This document shows, one piece after another, positions 27,235 to 39,308 of a DNA stretch of 64,000 nucleotides (the first letter of the stretch is position 1; each line of letters opens with the position of its first letter). Source of the stretch: Squalus acanthias (Eukaryota); contig CM059432.1 of the NCBI GenBank assembly GCA_030390025.1, positions 98,396,001-98,460,000 of the forward strand. Direction: 5' to 3'. The translations under genes and the position numbers were made by a program. A model generated the notes under the pieces. That model saw only the letters and a list, made by a program, of their open reading frames with translations, was not told where the DNA came from and ran no database searches.

Positions 27235-27580
27235 TGAAGGTTAAGGGGAGATTTATTAGCGGTGTTCAAAATTATGAAGGGTTTTGATAGAGTAAATTGG
27301 GATAAACTATTTCCACTGGCAGAGGGTCAGTAACCAGCGAACACAGGTATAAAATAATTGGCAAAAACGCCAGGGGAGAGATGGTGAGAATTTTTATTTA
27401 CACAGCGAGTTGTTTTGATCTGGAATACACTGTCTGAAAGGGTGGGGGATTCAACAGTAACTTTCAAAAGTGAATTGGATATATATTTTAAAAGGACATT
27501 TTTGCAGAACTATGGGGAAAGAGCTGGAGAGTGGGATTAATTGGCAGATCTTTCAGAGAGTCGGAACAGGCATGATGCAC
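27235..27580 (+). mobile_element. Old CR1 3' fragment
   Basis: RLRGDLLAVFKIMKGFDRV...FTQRVVLIWNTL. Confidence 0.75.
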
Positions 27581-28180
27581 ACTTAACTATATGACACAAT
27601 ACTACACCATATGTTGCACTAATCTCAGTAAACCTCATTTTAATTCTAAATATTGTCTTTCTCATTCACAAAGTAAAACAAGCAAGTATCAGAAAAGCCT
27701 TGAATGTTCAGTTCTCATATACTTACAATTGATAGGTATATATGTAATAGTTTCAGCATGTGCTATTTCCCTGTAGAATAATGGTAAAATAACATCTAAT
27801 GACACTACATTTCAAGATCCAATGTACAGCAGCACTTCAGTTTAAATTAGATGGGCCAGTCAAAGAACACTGATGGCTGTTGCCATGACTCCCATTGTAG
27901 AAAGAAAAAAGTATTAAGATAATAAACAACCACCCAGTAAGTCTGTCTGTCTAGCTATCTATTTAGCTATTCTATAATAAAACTGGTGCATCCACCCTGC
28001 ATTTGAAATCCATTGCACTTCAAGCGACACATAAATTTCTGTCGCACTTTGAAAATGTATTAAATAACAAAGACAGTTATTTGCAAAGTATCAAGTTTCC
28101 CAGTAGTTGAAAATAACTTAATTGACATAGGAGCTAGAATGTCAGTAACCCCTGACAGACTTTGCCAATCACACTTTAAA

Positions 28181-28415
28181 AATAACAACAGAAAATGCTG
28201 GAAACACTCAGCAGGTCAGGCAGCATCCGTGGAGAGAGAAAAGCAGAGTTAACGTTTAAGGTCGATGACCCTTCGTCAGCATTCTGACGAAGGGTCATTT
28301 ACCTGAAACATTAACTCTGTTTCTTTCTCCACGGATGCTGCCTAACCTGCTGAGTGTTTCCAGCATTTTCTGTTGTTATTTCAGATTTCTAGCATCTGCA
28401 GTATTTTGCTATTGT
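28181..28415. mobile_element. ORF-less palindromic Penelope pLTR element (family A) with back-to-back degenerate hammerheads
   Basis: Inverted arms of about 100 bp centred on TCGTCAG-CATT-CTGACGA; TSD ACACTTTAAAAATA at 28171-28184 and 28416-28429. Confidence 0.85.
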
Positions 28416-28449
28416 ACACTTTAAAAATAGATGAAGAAAGATAGAATTA

Positions 28450-30243
28450 AGTGACTTGGCAGATGGAATATAGTATGGGGAAATGTGAGGTTATTCACTT
28501 TGGTAGGAAGAATAGAAAAACAGAATATTTTTTTAAATGACGAGAAACTATTAAACGTTGGTGTTCAGAGGGATTTGGGTGTCCTCGTACAGGAAACACA
28601 GAAAGTTAACATGCAGGTACACCAAGCAATTAGGAAGGCAAATTGTATGTTAGCCTTTATTGCAAGGGGGTTAGAGGACAAGAGTAAGGAAGTCTTACGA
28701 CAATTGTACAGGGCTTTGGTGAGACCACACCTGGAGTATTGTGCACAGTTTTGCTCTCCTTACCTAAGGAAAGATAAACTTGCCTTAGAGCGGTTGCAAC
28801 AAAGGTTCACTAGATTGATTCCTGGGATAAGAGGGTTGTCCTATGAGGAGAGATTGAGTAGATTAGGCCTATAATCTCTGGAGCTAAGAAGAATGAGAGA
28901 TGATCTCATTGAAACATAAGATTCTGAAGGGGATTGACAGGGTAGATGCTGAGAGGTTGTTTTCCCTGACAGGAGAGTCTAGAGCTCGAGAGCATAATCT
29001 CAGGATAAGGGATCGGCCATTTAGGACAGAGATGAGAAGAAACTTATTCACTCAGAGGGTTGTAAATCGTTGGAATTCTGTAACTGAAGGGCTATAGATG
29101 CTGAATCGTAGGGTATATTCAAGGCTGAGCTCGATAGATTTTTGGACTCTAGGGGAATCAAGGAATATGAGGATCATGCGGGAAAGTCTCTTCTTAGGCA
29201 GTCCCTCAGGACCGAGGATGACTTGCTTCCACACTAAAAATTAGTTCTCAGGTGACTGATGAGTCCAATGCGGGACCTACAGTCTCTGTCACAGGTGGGG
29301 CAGATGGTGGTTGAAGGGGCGGGTGGATGGTGTGCTTGGGTTGATGTGCGCTCCTTCCATTGTTTGCGCTTGGCTTCCGCTTGCTCCCGGCGAAGAGACT
29401 CGAGGTGTTCGGTACCTTCCCGGATGCTTCTCCTCCACTTTGTGCGGTCTTGGGCCAGGGATTCCCAGGTGTCGGTGGAGATGTTGCACTTTTTCAAGGA
29501 GGCTTTGAGGGTGTCCTTGAAGCGTTTCCTCTGCTCACCTGGGGCTCTCTTGCCGTGTCGGAGCTCCGAGTAGAGCGCTTGTTTTGGGAGTCTCATATCG
29601 GGCATGCGGATGATGTGGCCCATACATCGGAGCTGATCGAGCGTAGTCAAAGCTTCGATGCTGGGGATGTTGGCCTGAGTGAGAACACTGACGTTGGTGC
29701 ACCTATCCTGCCAATGGATTTGCAGGATCTTGCGGAGGCAGCATTGGTGGTACCTCTCCAGTGCTTTGAGGTGCCTGCTGTTCATGGTCCATGTCTCTGA
29801 AGCATACAGGAGGGCGGGTATCACTACTGCTCTGTAGACCATGAGCTTGGTGCTGGGTTTGAGGTCCTGGTCTTCAAACACTCTCTTCCTCAGGCGACCG
29901 AAGGCTGCACTGGCACACTGAAGGCGGTGTTGGACTTCATCATCGACGTCTGCCCTTGTTGACAGTAGGCTCCCGAGGTATGGAAAGTGGTCCACGTTGT
30001 CCAAGGGCTCGTCATGGATTTTGATAATCGGGGGGCAGTACTGAGTGGTGGGGTCAGGTTGGTAGAGGACTTTGTCTTACGAATGTTTAGTGTAAGGCCC
30101 ATGCTCTCGTATGCTTCGGTGAATGTGTTGACGATGGTTTGGAGTTGAGGTCAAGGATCAGCCATGATCTTATTGAGTGGTGAAGCAGGCTCGAAGGGCC
30201 GTATGGCCTACTCGTGCTCCTATTTCTTATGTTATGTTCTTAT
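28450..30243 (+). mobile_element. CR1 3' portion interrupted in its 3' UTR by an RTE element
   Basis: LYRALVRPHLEYCAQFCSP; the 3' UTR resumes near 30140 with GATCAGCCATGATC and a TTATG tail. Confidence 0.9.
29187..30148 (-). mobile_element. 5'-truncated RTE-clade LINE
   Basis: ORF 29234-30004 VDHFPYLGS...VYRAVVIPALLYASETW...RLPKQALYSEL...C-terminal CPTC-x-SRIGLISH zinc-finger-like motif. Confidence 0.9.
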
Positions 30244-31786
30244 TCTGATGTATATCTAGAAGAGTAATTAAATTAAACAAAATGGATACATTCCCCAGCT
30301 CTCCTGAAAATGCTATTAGTGACCTGTCATATGCAGGGCCAAAGGGGAAAGGGTGACATTGCAGAAGTTCCTCCTGCAGCTTGTAAGGTGTCAATGGCAT
30401 AAAAGTTGAGAGGTGCAAGCTGGTGAAGAGGCAGGCGGAGATCCCACCAACCTGGACTGGAAATTTCAGTCCACAGAAACAGGTTTCACCCCAAAATCTA
30501 ACTTTGAAAATTACACCCCTATCTCACCCAAAACCGCTTGGATTTTCTCGGCCAGTACAACTACATGCATTTTCTGTCTATCACACTTTCTGTGTTGCAC
30601 TTCTGTCCTATTTCTTCATTTATTGTAGGAAACCTCATTCTCGGCAAATATCTTAGATAACATTGGCTTATATAAGTCTCTTCACTTACAACAAACAAAA
30701 CATCAGAACTCAGTGGTATCAATAAGAATTAAAACCCAAATCTGCAGGTAAAACAAGATTTTGCAAATTTACAACTAAAAGATCCATTCAAAAATAACAA
30801 ACACATTGTAAATGACCAATTCAAAATGTTACTATTGTACCAGGCCCAAAATTCCTCAGGATGTAATCCTGGTGGTTACATCGTATCCAGACTACCAACC
30901 CTGCTGGACTTTGTGAGGTCAGCGGGACAGTATCTAATTAGCATAGTGCATCTCTGGTGACGACATGCTTCATGCATGCGGTCAAACATTCTGGTGTCCA
31001 GCACCACGGTAGCGTCCTCAAAACCCCACCCAGCCCTGACCACATTCTCTTCGAGCTCCTGAGCAAGAAGACTGATTTAGAAAATGTTCAGATAAATATC
31101 TGAAGGGTTCTTTGGGGTCTAGCCTGCTTCACAGGCCTGGACCACACGAGCGAAGCCCACATCTGCTCATGTACAAGCCACAACACCTCACCTCACTGGG
31201 CGTACCTTTCTCTACTGACATGCCGCTCCCAACTAAACTAAAGAAACAGGAACTCGCAACCCTGGACCCGCCTCCTTGCCATCAATTGCTTTGTGAGGGG
31301 TGAACAGAGGTTCCGGCCCTTACAAGGCAAAGAGAGCTAGTGCAGCCGGGTTTATTCCACTTTCTGGGGGTGCCATCAGTCTCGCATCGGAGATATGGCA
31401 AACACCGATAGAAGCCGTGAGGAATTTCAGCTCCACTTGCGTTAAATCGCTCAAAATGTTTTCTTTGTGAGACCTCCTCCATCTCTTCAGCCTCAGCCTT
31501 AATTTTCACCCATGCACTCAAAATCCTCCCAAGCCGCAACTTTTGATCTGCTGCCTCCTGAATCATGACTTCTCATATGCGTTTCACAGCTCTGACATCC
31601 TAGCTATTGCCTTCTTAATGTGCCACTCCCACAGAATCACAATACGTCATTCTCACTATCCACCCACCGACTACTATGTTTGAGCATGACCTCTGCTCAC
31701 AATCTGAACATCTCCTTTCCTCTACACTATTTGCTAGCTTGCAATCCACTCCCAGGTTTATGAAGCACTTTCCATTTGCCATTATG

Positions 31787-32254
31787 TTAGCTGTGGCTCA
31801 GTGGGTAGCACTCTTGCCTCTTGAGTCCAGAAGGTTGTGGGTTCATGTCCCATTCCAGGAGACTCTGAGCACAAAAATCTAGGTTGACACTCCAGTGCAG
31901 TGCTGAGGGAGTACTGCACTGTCGGAGGTGCTATCTTTTGGATGAGCTGTTAAATCGAGGTCCTGTCTGCTCTCTCAGGTGAATGTAAAAGATCCCATGG
32001 CACTATTTCAAAGTAGAGCAGGGGATATCCCTGGTGGCCTGGCCAATATTTATCCCTCAATCAATGTAACAAAAACAGATTATCTGGTTATTATCACATT
32101 ACTGTTTGTGGGAGCTTGCTGTGTGCAAATTGGCAGCTGCGTTTCCTGCATTACAACAGTGACTACACTTCAAAATTACTTAATTGGGTGTAAAGCGCTT
32201 TGGGACATCCAGGGGTCATGAAAGGCGCTAGATAAATGCAAGTCTTTCTTTCTG
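31787..32254 (+). mobile_element. DeuSINE (SacSINE1/AmnSINE1-like) tRNA-derived SINE
   Basis: A box TGGCTCAGTGGG, B-box-like GGTTCATGTCCC, Deu-domain-like core (GGATGAG..GTTAAA..GAGGTCCTG...GTAAAAGATCCCATGGCACT), L2-like tail ATAAATGCAAG(TCTT)n. Confidence 0.8.
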
Positions 32255-33241
32255 TTTATTAATGCTCAAGAAGAAAGCTGGGGAAAAATATCACCAGGAC
32301 CAGTCAACCCCACCTAGACATAGTGCAAGCTGGACAAATTCAGCCCAACCGCGCCCCCACCCTCGCCTAACAATGAGAAAGATTGCAGTTGGATCCAGAA
32401 AAAATGTTCTGGGAAATGTCTTTCCCCAGATTCCTCAATGCAGCGAAGATAATCCCCAAACCCCTAATATCCCAGCCACTCAGTAACTTGCCATCTGCAA
32501 GCAGAATGTTCTGTCCTTCCCCAGGAAGCTGATAAGCTCCCTCCTTAAAAGGACTGCAGCAAATCCACATGCACTGAATGCTCAGGCAATCTGCTTCAGA
32601 GGGCAATTACGCTTTGTGACAAAGATAAACACTCCCTGATTTCCAACCCAAATCCCCGCACAAGGATTTTACATTTGTGCCCTGCAATCTCACCATCCTA
32701 ACAACTTATCCAATTGGATTATATCCAATCCGTTCATCATTTCAGAAAGCTCAACCACATCCTAACACCTCTCCAAGTCAAATAGCCAGAGTCTAAGGCT
32801 GCGAATTTAATGGAGGAGGCAGGATAGTGGCGGGACAGCTGGTTTCCTGGTTCCGGTCCCGCTCACAGCTGCAACGCTCTGTAGATGTAATTTTCCCTTG
32901 ATTGGCCTTGTTATGCCTGCCCTGCGGGCTTCACGGCCAATTAACAGGAAGCGGGTCTGATGATGTCATTTGATGACACGTCATCAGCTGGTTTGCTTAA
33001 AGGGACCACGGCCACATGGAGTTTGACAGTTGTTCTTTCAGTGTTCTGTAGCATTGAGGTGCTGCAAACACAGACAATCACTGCACAAATGTGAACGCTT
33101 GCACCCAGGCTCTCCAATGACTCCCTCCATATGCTTATGGAGGGAGTCACAGCACGCAGGGAGGTTCTCTTCCCTTCCAAGGGCGGAAGAGACCTCCCCA
33201 GGACACCAACGCAGCCTGGTTGCACATTGCACAGGAGGGCA

Positions 33242-34881
33242 TGTAAAGTTTCGCAATTATCGCGATTCGAAATAACATAAGAGAAGCAGATTCGTTTGAT
33301 CAGTTTTATTAAACGAAATGCTGTCATGATTATAAAGGACACAGAAGCCTGTAAAATGGCTGCCGCGCATCATGGCAGAAGCTTCCAGAAATACAGTGGG
33401 CAGACAAGATGGCGTCGAATAAACATTCAATATAAGATTGGATCATACTCGGTAAACACTGATAAAGACAGGATGCAACCTGTTTGCATTTGGAACAATA
33501 GCAAAGATATAAGTGCTGGAATCGTTTTCCATGCACAAGTAAGGACCATTGTACTGGGCAATCGAAGGCCCATCCAGACACATCAATAGACAAATACCCC
33601 CACGGCTCTACAATGAGAGAGACATCGACGGGTGATTAAACAAGTATTCGGAGGACCCCAAAACCAGTCAGGGAGACGATTCATACAATCCTGGCTGGGT
33701 CAACAATGGGGAAAACATTAACGGGTAGTTGGCCAGTTTCAGGTGCTACCGAAACCCGTTAAAGAGAAGAATCGCCCCATGCTGGGAGTTTTGAGCGCCA
33801 ATATTACACAAAGGACAAACATTAAGATTTGAGCGGGAGATAAGGGAACACATCACTATAACTATAGTGAACAAATGTCCATCGGTCTCTTGATTCGACT
33901 CTTATTCTCCCGGCTGGCTCTTATTCTCTTGACTCGCTCGATTGCTGGCTGAAGCTCTTCTTTAGGGCTGGACTTTGTTGACTCTTGACTTTTAGCCGTA
34001 CGGGTCGGTTATTCGAATGTTGGGTGGAGCTCAATCGGGACGAGCCGCCCCGACAAGGGCAAGTAGCAGGGTGCACCATCCCAAGGGTCGGTAAATGGTG
34101 TCTGGACCCAGGGCCCGAAGAGACGAGATGAGACGACAAGCAAAGAAGAAGAATTCACGTGCCGCCACGGTCAGTAAACCCCGACCGCGCCCGAAAATAT
34201 AATAAAGAACTCTTCATTGAAATCCCCCGACAACCGGTGTCGGGAACAGGAAGACTCTTCTTTGAACTGTGTCCGAGTTCTGTCGAGTTCTTCATGACAA
34301 CAGAGAGTCTGGCCTGCTTGTCGCAGCAGCAAAGATAAACAAGTGGGGTACAGAGACCCTTCCAAACACGTGACAGTCAGGCGCTGCAGCGAAACGAGCC
34401 GAGTGCCTCACTTTAAAATTCTCCGAAGTAACACGAGTGGTGAGCATGTTTCCCGATCCTACAAATCTAGACGTAGTGTAGGTATTGTTACAGGAGGGTG
34501 GTTTTATTAAGGTTAAAGTATAATGTGTTCCCTTTTTACGATGTGCCGTGCGTTCTTCATTTCCATAGACCAAGCTTTATGAATGTATGTATACTTGTAT
34601 TCTCGTTAATTTGCGCCTATGACATGTACTTCATGATTTTGGACGCTATGCAATAAAGATTTCCATTTCGTACTATTCAACCGGGTCTATTTGAGTTTTC
34701 TCTGCATTACTGCTCCTGCACCTAAGTCCAGTGTTAGAACTGTAAGGGCGAGTGGGTCGAACCACTCACAGGTGCTTATTGCAAAAAGGCTGGCCGGAGA
34801 CCAGAGCAAGCAATAGTATTAGGCAACGAAGGCCTAACCTCGCACCAGCACCGTCTGAGACACAGGCACAAAACCCTTACA
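33242..34881 (+). mobile_element. Solo-LTR-like element copy 1 (1640 bp)
   Basis: TGTAA...TTACA termini with 4-bp TSD GGCA; orientation inferred from a TATA-like motif near 33856 and AATAAA at 34652. Confidence 0.85.
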
Positions 34882-35891
34882 GGCACAAGCAGGGATGTTG
34901 TCAGGGGTCCCTGGCTGCAGTGGATAAACCTTTCAATGATCTCAGTGGATCACGAAACGTTACTGCAAAGCCACACTCACACTGCTGTGTCACTCAACAC
35001 ACCCCCATCACTCTGCCTTCCATACCCTTCTCCTGCACATCCTTACTCACACCAACTTACCTTGCAACTTCACCCAACCCTCTCTATCTACTTTATCATT
35101 TCCCCATCTCACTAGCCACCCCTCACACTCACCCTCATCCTACTGCAAGCATACCACATCCTACTGCAAGCATACCAACTAACAACACACAAGGGTAGGC
35201 ACTTGAGAGTTTTAGCCAATGTCCATGTGAAGTTTTTGGTAATGTGTTGTCATACAGTGAAATCTATTTTTCCAACATCGCCCCTTATTGGACAGATCTG
35301 AGCACACCTTGAGAAGTGTCTTACTGAGTTACAGTGATTGTTCAGTCATAACCACACCCCCCCCCCCCCCCCCCGCCCCCCGCCCCGCTATAGTGATGTG
35401 TGTGCATGGAATGGCTTGGACATTAAAGGGATGCTTTATTGTGCTGGTGTGGGATGGTGTTAACCTTGCGCATCATGTGGCAGCCAGGGTTTACAGTGTC
35501 AAGTGAAGTAAATCTGGCCTTGGTGAAGCCATCGCTGGCCTCCCGGGCAGCAATATTGTCAGGGGCTGATGCCCTGTGTCCAGTGCAGCATCAGGTGATG
35601 GCGGAGAAGGTTGGTGATGTTGTTGGTGATGTTGGTGTGCCTGGTGATGTTGGTGTTGGGGTTGATCGTGGAAGGATTCGGAGGACCAAGGTCTAATTGT
35701 TTCAATGGCTCCGATGTTGCTGCAATAGATGGCAGCTGCAGGTGAGATGACAGAAGCGATCTGTCAATGGTGAGAGAGGTTCACCGAATGAGGTGGCACT
35801 GGACATACAGTTGGATCTAAAAACTTGTAAGCTAAAGAAATCTCTATATGTATTAAAAATGCAGTAACCAACATTTTCTGCGCTCTGAAAC

Positions 35892-36322
35892 ACGGTGGCA
35901 TAGTGGTTAGCACTGGTGCCTCACAGCGCCAGAGACCCGGGTTCGAATCTGACCTCGGGTGACTGTCTGTGTGGAGTTTGCACATTCTCCCTGTGTCTGC
36001 GTGGGTTTCCTCCGGGTGCTCCGGTTTCCTCCCACAGTCCAAAAATGTGCGGGTTAGGTTGATTTGGCTATGATAAATTGACCCTTAGTGTTAGCGGGGG
36101 GGGATTAAATATGTGAGGTTATGGGGATAGGATGGGATATGTTAGGGGGAATTAAATACGTGGGGTTACAGGGCTAGGGTGGGATATGTGTACTGTGGGG
36201 ATTAAAGCAGGGACAAGGTACTGGATTTGAATGATCAGCCATGATCGTATTGAATGGTGGAGCAGGCTCGACGGGCCGAATGGCCTACTCCTGCTCCTAG
36301 ATTCTATGTTTCTATGTTTCTA
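35892..36322 (+). mobile_element. V-SINE (HE1-like) with CR1-derived tail
   Basis: tRNA head with A/B boxes (TGGCATAGTGG, GGTTCGAATC), V-domain GTGTGGAGTTTGCACATTCTCCC...GGGTTTCCTCCGGGTGCTCCGGTTTCCTCCCAC, CR1 3' end with (TTTCTATG)n, TSD TGAAAC. Confidence 0.9.
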
Positions 36323-36981
36323 TGAAACTCACCATCTGCAACATGGTATCCTTTACACCACTTCTGCAACTGTCAGCTTTTCACAAACATCAGAGCAGAC
36401 TCAAAATACGCCAGGTTGAACTGGTGTGTTCCCTGAACAGCGGGTAACCTGTGGGGGAGAACGTAAAATTAGAAGTAAGCCTCAAAATACTCTTAAATTG
36501 GCTCTTAACAAGCCATTTAACAATCTGAATTGTCTCCCCCGCCGCTTGGTGTCGGGTCAGTTCTGTGCTGACAGACCCGACACCTGGAAGACTCGCGTGG
36601 AGGAGGGTTGACAGTGGGTTTCTTACCCGCTGTCAATCTTTGCTATTTTGACAGCGGACCCACCTCCAAACCAGCCCCCTGAGCGCTATTAAATTCGCGG
36701 CCTTAGAGCCTTTTCTGAGTGGCTGCTAATGCAGGCACAAATCCTGTTTCACACAGTGCCAGGTCTTAGGGCTCATCCCTAACTGTACTATATCCTCTAT
36801 ATCTGTGGCACAGGAAGCAATCTAAAGATTATCTGCCTTGAGTTCTTGCTTTTCAATCTAGTGCCTAAATCCCTAAGCTCCCTCTGTAAGATCTCAAACA
36901 TATCTTTATCTACGTTATTGGTTCCAAGATATTGACATTTGGCTGCTTTCCCTCATTTTCCAGATGCTTTTTCTAATCATT

Positions 36982-37252
36982 CATAGAAACATAGAAAAAT
37001 AGGAGCAGGAATAGGCCATTCGGCCCTTCGAGCCTGCTCCGCCATTCAATGTGATCATGGTTGATCCTCTATCTCAATACCATATTCCCGCTCTCTCCCC
37101 ATACCCCTTGATGCCTTTTGCGTCTAGAAATCTATCTATCTCCTTCTTAAATATATTCAGTGACTTGGCCTCCACAGCCTTCTGTGGTAGAGAATTCCCC
37201 AGGTTCACCACCCTCTGAGTGAAGAAATTTCTCCTCATCTCAGTCCTAAATG
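36982..37252 (-). mobile_element. CR1 3' end fragment
   Basis: FRTEMRRNFFTQRVVNL...GIKGYGERAGIWY plus tail. Confidence 0.9.
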
Positions 37253-38530
37253 TTCTCATGATGCTCTTGATGCTGGCAACAAACCATTCAAGAGTCCTGA
37301 TCACAACTTCAAAAAATTTAACCCCTTCACTAGCCACATGTTGAATTTCCTAATCTTATTCTCCTTAATCTATCTATACCCCTGACTATAGAATCTTCCA
37401 CGACTATCACTCCTCTATTTGTGTTGTCTACCTGCCTCTCCCCACCCCCCACCCCCACAATCTTGGGTCGTTCCTTGCTCCATGGAGTTGCAATGTTGCT
37501 CAGGACCACCATCCTCTGAGCTGTCACTGTACACCTCATACTTAACCCATTGTTATTTGGAGCTCATTTGCTGTAACTTCAGAAATTCTGGAAATATGGC
37601 GTAAATGGTGTTGATGCCATTTTTCTGAGGTATTTACGGCACAAGAGGACAAGATGGCTGCTGGGCTGGCAGCCCCTTTCTGAGCTGCTGTACGCTTCAA
37701 CTGTATCCGTGGTCATCTATTGCCATCCTTTGCCCTTTCTTCCCCCAATCTCCTCTCTTCAATTGCTTAAGATACCCTGCCTCTGATAGTGAAGGCATTT
37801 CAGCCCAAACTACGAGTTCAAACTACAAATTTAAAGCTACCCCTGCAGAATCCACTGCCCATCCCCCGGCGTCTTTTGTTCTCACTGAGCTCTTTCAACT
37901 GCTGGAAATCTGCTGAAACTTGACCTCTATCACTGGATTCCTCGCAGACAGGACCTCGTTGACTACACGGTTTGACTCAGTGGCTGTGGCGCTGCTTTGC
38001 TTTTCAGTGACTTCAAGTCTTAAGCTGCAAAATTCTTTTATCAAATTGGTTTCTGATCTCCTGGACTTCTCCAGACATCTACACTACGTTTCTGCTTTGA
38101 ACTACATTGGATCACACTACGCAGAGGCGACGGACCTGGGTGGAGCGACAGCGGCGAGGCGGTGGCCATAAAAGGCGGCAGCGACCAGGTAGGCCCACAG
38201 AGGTGGTGGACCTGGGTGGAGCGACAGCGGTGGGGCGGCGGCAGTAATGGGCGGCAGCGACCAGGTAGGCCCACCAATCTGAGCCCCCAGAGCGGGAGAG
38301 AGAGAAGTGAAAAATAATCAAAGTGTGACGTCACCAGAAAGCAGGTAAGTGATTGGTTGGTGAGTATTTCTCTTTTTCTCCTTTTTCCAAACTTAAATTT
38401 TGTGGTTTAAAGTTTCTAGGGTCTCTGTGGTGTAGCGGGGAAAGTTGGAAAACAAGGGCCCTATATCATTTAATTATAGTATAATTGGTGGGATTGATTT
38501 GATTTAATTTAAGTTCAATTAATTAAAGCG

Positions 38531-39047
38531 GAGAGCGGCTGGAGAGCGCCAAACCTCGGAAGATTTCAAAGGTGAGCGAGAGCGGCTGGAGAGCGCCAAA
38601 CCTCGGGAGATTTCAAAGGTGAGCTAGAGCGGCTGGAGAGCGCCAAACCTCGGGAGATTTCAAAGGTGAGTGAGAGCGGCTGGAGAGCGCCAAACCTCGG
38701 GAGATTTCAAAGGTGAGCGAGAGCGGCTGGAGAGCGCCAAACCTCGGGAGAGTTCAAAGGTGAGTGAGAGCGGCTGAAGAGCGCCAAACCTCGGGAGATT
38801 TCAAAGGTGAGCGAGAGCGGCTGAAGAGCGCCAAACCTCGGGAGATTTCAAAGGTGAGCGAGAGCGGCTGGAGAGCGCCAAACCTCGGGAGATTTCAAAG
38901 GTGAGCGAGAGCGGCTGGAGAGCGCCAAACCTCGGGAGATTTCAAAGGTGAGTGAGAGCGGCTGAAGAGCGCCAAACCTCGGGAGATTTCAAAGGTGAGT
39001 GAGAGCGGCTGAAGAGCGCCAAACCTCGGGAGATTTCAAAGGTGAGC
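38531..39047 (+). repeat. Tandem array, 47-bp unit x11, in CR1 5' UTR
   Basis: GAGAGCGGCTG(G/A)AGAGCGCCAAACCTCGGGAGATTTCAAAGGTGAG(C/T); flanked by direct repeats of about 210 bp (about 38315-38527 and 39083-39300). Confidence 0.95.
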
Positions 39048-39308
39048 TACAACGGACCGGTGAGTGTAAAGAAGTAAAAAGTAATCGAAGTGTGACATCA
39101 CCAGAAAGCAGGTAAGTGATTGGTTGGTGAGTATTTCTCTCTTTCTCCTTCTTTCCATACTTAAATTCTGTGGTTTATAGTTTCTAGAGTCTCTGTGGTG
39201 TAACGGGGACTGCTGTTAAGCAAGGGCCCTTGAGTATATCATTTAATTGAAGTGAAATTGGTGGGATTCAATTAGTTTAATTTTAATTAATTAATTAAAG
39301 GGTAAGTC

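Larger units (their letters stand above)
32797..36702. mobile_element. Harbinger internal-deletion derivative hosting a solo LTR and a V-SINE
   Basis: TIR GGCTGCGAATTTAAT...ATTAAATTCGCGGCC with TAA/TTA flanks; Myb/SANT remnant split by the LTR. Confidence 0.75.

Noticed and set aside
31282..31566. 94-aa minus-strand ORF as a host gene
   Set aside because: No recognisable motif or splice context; it may be a decayed repeat
35892..35960. tRNA gene
   Set aside because: It is the tRNA-derived head of a V-SINE and continues into the V-domain and CR1 tail
38531..39047. 47-bp periodic array as a CRISPR array
   Set aside because: Units are contiguous and near-identical with no unique spacers, there are no cas genes, and it lies in a eukaryotic LINE 5' UTR
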